A DNA stretch of 64,000 nt. It comes from an uncultured bacterium (GTDB taxonomy: Bacteria > Chloroflexota > UBA5177 > JANWHV01). The notes under the pieces were generated by a model. It did not search any database. It worked only from the letters and a program-made list of their open reading frames with translations, and had not been told where the DNA came from. The stretch covers positions 864,001 through 928,000 of the forward strand of contig CAVSOU010000010.1 in NCBI GenBank assembly GCA_963729625.1. The letters run 5' to 3'. The position numbers were made by a program, and so were the translations under genes. Below, in pieces: positions 60,397 to 64,000 of the stretch; positions within the stretch are counted from its first letter, which is position 1, and each line of letters starts with the position of its first letter.

Positions 60397-60924
60397 ATGC
60401 AAATTAACGTTGCCCAACTCTTGAAATGGCCCGTCGGGACCACACGCAGCTATCCAATCGATCTCGATGAGCCACTTGTGCTGGATGACACGTCCATCGC
60501 CAACTTAACAGGCGGGAAGGTACGCCTTGATCGCATTGACGGCGGAATCCTGGCGCGCGGCGATGTCGAGTGTACGGTAGACATGGAGTGTGGCCGCTGC
60601 CTTGATGTATTTCCCGCAAGAATGCACGTGCACTTTGAGGAGGAGTTTGCACCGTCGATTGACGTCGGCACGGGCGCACCGCTTCCTGACCCCGAGGATG
60701 ATCTCGTGTTCAGGATTGACGCCGGTCACGTTCTCGATCTTGGTGAAGCCATTCGACAGAATGTCATCGCGATGTTTCCGATACAACCTATTTGCAGAAC
60801 GGAGTGTCGGGGGCTGTGCGCCGTATGCGGTGCCAACCGGAATCTGGTGCCTTGTCCTTGCCTTGCTGCAGCCGAGACAGAGGCGAATCGCCCTTTCGCA
60901 GCCTTGCAAGGTCTGCTACACTAA
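60397..60924 (+). CDS. yceD: DUF177/YceD family protein
   Basis: ECGRCL, C...CRGLC..CG.NRN...C.C; upstream of rpmF. Confidence 0.9.
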   Translation: MQINVAQLLKWPVGTTRSYPIDLDEPLVLDDTSIANLTGGKVRLDRIDGGILARGDVECTVDMECGRCLDVFPARMHVHFEEEFAPSIDVGTGAPLPDPEDDLVFRIDAGHVLDLGEAIRQNVIAMFPIQPICRTECRGLCAVCGANRNLVPCPCLAAAETEANRPFAALQGLLH

Positions 60925-61053
60925 CTCTTTGGTGCCGGAAACCGTCGAGCCTGGGAAAGACGCGCCCGGTCGCCAGCAGACGAATTATGTGGGGACGACC
61001 GGTAACGGGCCCCCAGTCAGTGTGCGCGGGTATGCGCGCTAACAGGAGGAATG

Positions 61054-61269
61054 ATGCCGGCCGTACCTAAGAAACGAACGTCGCGCGCCCGCCAGGGCGA
61101 TCGCAGACAGCACCTGCGCCTGAAGCTTGCCGAGCTCAACGTGTGTCGGCAATGCCGCCAGCCAAAGGTCCGGCATCACGTCTGCCCAACCTGTGGCACC
61201 TATAAGGGCCGGAGCTACATCGAATTCAAGGACAAGACGTCCAAGCCTCGTGGAGGCGCCGCATCGTGA
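61054..61269 (+). CDS. rpmF: 50S ribosomal protein L32 (zinc-ribbon form)
   Basis: AVPKKRTS, CRQC..., HHVCPTCGTYKGR; AGGAGG RBS. Confidence 0.96.
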   Translation: MPAVPKKRTSRARQGDRRQHLRLKLAELNVCRQCRQPKVRHHVCPTCGTYKGRSYIEFKDKTSKPRGGAAS

Positions 61270-61328
61270 CAGAGCGCTCGCTGGGCCAGAGGACAAGCCT
61301 TCCTGTTGCCGGCAAGATCACCCTCTAG

Positions 61329-62273
61329 ATGGTTCGACACGCAGCGATTCTGTTTCCGGGCCAAGCTTCCCAGCAGATCGGAATGGGGCGTGCTGCCTAC
61401 GCGCGGTTCGCCAAGGCTCGCGAAGTTTTCGATCGCATAGACACCGCTCTCGCTATGCCGGTTAGTCGCGCGTGCTTTGAAGGCCCGGCCGAGCGCCTTC
61501 TGGAGACTCGATGGCAGCAGCCAGCGGTGTTCGCTTGCAGCATGGCTCTGTACTGCGCCTGGAGTGCCACCACCCCCGATATCGTGATCATCGGGGCCGC
61601 AGGCCACAGCCTGGGCGAGTACGGAGCGCTCGTAGCAGCTGGCGCCCTTGCGCTCGAAGACGCCGCTAAGCTGGTGGCCTTGCGTGGCGGCGCGATGCAG
61701 GACGCGTCAGACGTGGTTAGCGGCGGTATGGCTGCCGTCATTGGCCTTGACAGGGCATCCGTGGAGACGATATGCGCGGGCGCCTCGCGGCCGGATGCAG
61801 GGGCCGGCGAAGTCGTGGTCCTCGCGAACGACAACGGGCCGGACCAGTTGGTCATCTCGGGTGGATTGACCGCGATCGAGCGCGCCGCAGTGGCGGCGAG
61901 ATCACTCGGCGCGCGACGCATCATACCCCTCAGGGTCGCGGGAGCGTTTCATTCGCCGCTGATGATGTCAGCTGTAACGCCGCTGGCCGAGGCGCTCGCC
62001 CGAGTCCCGATGGGCAGATGCAGTTTTCCCGTGATCGCGAACACCAGCGCCGAGCCCCTTGTCGAGGCCGAGTCCGTGCGCGCCGAGCTAATCCGCCAGG
62101 TGACGGCGCCGGTGCGCTGGGTTGAGTCGATGCATGCGCTTGCGACGTTGGCTCCGGAGGTGTGGGTCGACGTCGGGCCCGGTGCGGTCGTCGCCGGTCT
62201 GCTTTCGCGCGTTGTGCAGGGAGCGGACGTGGTTCGAGTGGCGGCACTTATGGACGTCTCGCCGCCGGCCTAG
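61329..62273 (+). CDS. fabD: Malonyl-CoA:ACP transacylase (copy 2)
   Basis: FPGQASQ, GHSLGEY, RGGAMQ, GAFHSPLM, PVRW. Confidence 0.9.
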   Translation: MVRHAAILFPGQASQQIGMGRAAYARFAKAREVFDRIDTALAMPVSRACFEGPAERLLETRWQQPAVFACSMALYCAWSATTPDIVIIGAAGHSLGEYGALVAAGALALEDAAKLVALRGGAMQDASDVVSGGMAAVIGLDRASVETICAGASRPDAGAGEVVVLANDNGPDQLVISGGLTAIERAAVAARSLGARRIIPLRVAGAFHSPLMMSAVTPLAEALARVPMGRCSFPVIANTSAEPLVEAESVRAELIRQVTAPVRWVESMHALATLAPEVWVDVGPGAVVAGLLSRVVQGADVVRVAALMDVSPPA

Positions 62274-62426
62274 TCAGCGCGACTGTGGCCCCATGCAGCT
62301 ATGTCTGCGTGCCCCATCTCGCGTACCATACACCGTGCAAAGCGTCCCCGAGTGGAAATGTGCCGCCGTCATCGGATTGGCCTCGGCTGTACACTCACTG
62401 CGCAAAATGCACGTCAAGGAGCAAGG

Positions 62427-63812
62427 GTGATTCAAAAGGTTCTGATCGCCAATCGAGGTGAGATAGCTCTCCGTATCATTCGAGCGTGCCGGGAGATGGG
62501 TATTCGCACCGTGCTCGCCCATTCGGACGTGGATCGGAACTCGCTTCCTGCGCGATATGCCGACGAGACGGTGTGCATCGGACCGGCGACGGCGGGCAAG
62601 AGCTACCTGAACATCCCGAATCTCGTCACGGCCGCGTTGATGAAAGAGTGCGATGCCGTACACCCTGGGACCGGATTCCTCGCCGAGAACCCATACTTCG
62701 CCGAGGTCTGCGAGAAATGCGACCTGATCTTCATCGGTCCGTCAGCCAGGGCGATAACCGACATGAGCGACAAGCCTACCGCGCGCGTGGCGATGCGGCG
62801 CGCCGGGCTGGAGGTGCTACCCGGGTGTGACGCGCCTCTGCGCAGTCTTGACGAGGCCCAGAGCATGGCTGCCGAGATTGGTTTTCCGGTGATCCTCAAG
62901 GCGGTTGCGGGAGGTGGTGGCCGCGGCATTCGTGTGGCAAACGATGAAGCCAGCCTGACTAACGAGTACATGACGGCCCAGGCAGAGGCACAGGCGGCCT
63001 TCGGCAACCGGCAGCTCTACTTGGAAAAGTATCTTGCCTACTGCCGGCACATCGAGGTGCAAGTCCTGGGCGATCACTTCGGCTCAGTCGTGCACTTTGG
63101 CGACAGGGAGTGCTCGCTGCAACGGCGCCATCAGAAGCTTGTCGAGGAAGGCCCGAGCATCCTGTCAGATCAGGAGCGCGCTGCCCTCGGGGCCGCGGCG
63201 GCGCGCGCGGCCAAGCTGTGCGGCTACACCAACGCCGGGACTCTGGAGTTCCTCTGGGCGGATGGACACGCCTATTTCAGCGAGATGAATACCCGCATCC
63301 AGGTCGAGCATGGCGTAACAGAGTTGCTCACGGGATTCGACCTCGTCAAGGAGCAGATACTGATAGCATCAGGGAGACCCTTGAGTATCCGCCAGCAGGA
63401 TGTTACGCTACGTGGGCACGCGATCGAGTGTCGAATCACCGCCGAAAGCGCCGACGACGATTTTCAGCCACGCTTTGGCACGGTTACCGCATATCTGCCA
63501 CCAGGGGGGACGGGCGTGCGCGTCGAGTCTCATCTGTACACGGGATACCCGGTGCCGATCCACTACGACTCTCTGTTAGCCAAGCTTCTCACGTGGGGCA
63601 GGGATCGCGAGGAAGCCATTGCCCGCATGGAGCGCGCTCTGTCGGAGTACATCATCGAGGGCGTAACGACGGTCATTCCATTCCAATTGCGAATCATGGC
63701 CGACGCGAATTTTCGCCAGCGCAACATACATACGCGATACCTGGAGGCGCTGATCGTCGCGGACCGCGAGCGCGCCGCGGCTGTGCCGGCAGGTGAGGTA
63801 GAGTCCGCATGA
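62427..63812 (+). CDS. accC: Acetyl-CoA carboxylase biotin carboxylase
   Basis: KVLIANRGEIA, GGGGRG, RECSLQRRHQK, EMNTRIQVEH, YDSL; GTG start after AAGGAG. Confidence 0.95.
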   Translation: MIQKVLIANRGEIALRIIRACREMGIRTVLAHSDVDRNSLPARYADETVCIGPATAGKSYLNIPNLVTAALMKECDAVHPGTGFLAENPYFAEVCEKCDLIFIGPSARAITDMSDKPTARVAMRRAGLEVLPGCDAPLRSLDEAQSMAAEIGFPVILKAVAGGGGRGIRVANDEASLTNEYMTAQAEAQAAFGNRQLYLEKYLAYCRHIEVQVLGDHFGSVVHFGDRECSLQRRHQKLVEEGPSILSDQERAALGAAAARAAKLCGYTNAGTLEFLWADGHAYFSEMNTRIQVEHGVTELLTGFDLVKEQILIASGRPLSIRQQDVTLRGHAIECRITAESADDDFQPRFGTVTAYLPPGGTGVRVESHLYTGYPVPIHYDSLLAKLLTWGRDREEAIARMERALSEYIIEGVTTVIPFQLRIMADANFRQRNIHTRYLEALIVADRERAAAVPAGEVESA

Positions 63813-64000
63813 CGGAAGCAGCATCGTCGATTCGCATCGCGCCCGAGGTACTGGCCACGATTGTCAATCTGACGACGATGTCCGTCCCCGGAATCGTTGC
63901 GATGGCGGATGTGCCGCGGGGCGGCATCTTCAGCCGGCGACAGCAGCCAGATGCCACGCGCGGCGTGCTCGTCGATGTACGCGACATGACCGTGCACGCC
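63809..64000 (+). CDS. Asp23/Gls24 family protein (runs off window end)
   Basis: ATGA-coupled to accC. MTEAASSIRIAPEVLATIV...VPGIV..GV.V, with typical accC-asp23 synteny. Confidence 0.82.
   Translation, partial: MTEAASSIRIAPEVLATIVNLTTMSVPGIVAMADVPRGGIFSRRQQPDATRGVLVDVRDMTVHA

Overview
This is a GC-rich bacterial chromosomal segment, most likely Chloroflexota. That call is inferred from a Chloroflexi-type surface repeat on a PBP, the coaD-coiled-coil-yceD-rpmF synteny and the ftsW/murG overlap. Most of it is housekeeping. From left to right: shc (3' part), nadE, a Ser/Thr kinase with PQQ-like repeats, tRNA-Val(TAC), a partial dcw cluster (murD-ftsW-murG-murC-murB-ftsQ-ftsA-ftsZ), and an alpha-glucan uptake and phosphorolysis locus (ABC transporter, GH65, beta-PGM, two GH13, with a GH94 nearby). 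It continues with fabG-fabD-fabF, serC-serA and rsmD-coaD-X-yceD-rpmF-fabD-accC-asp23. The most striking element is a DnaA paralog at 53818-54876. It lacks domains I/II, appears to have lost the Arg finger and sensor-II Arg, and keeps an intact DnaA-box-binding domain IV. Directly upstream lies a helically phased array of about 8 DnaA boxes, with no dnaN nearby. Other points: two consecutive genes with probable non-AUG starts (CTG, ATC), LacI-type operators with no regulator in the window, three frameshifted genes, and a few small orphan proteins. I saw no CRISPR array, rRNA, integrase or transposase. All assignments come from motif recognition by eye; no database searches were run.
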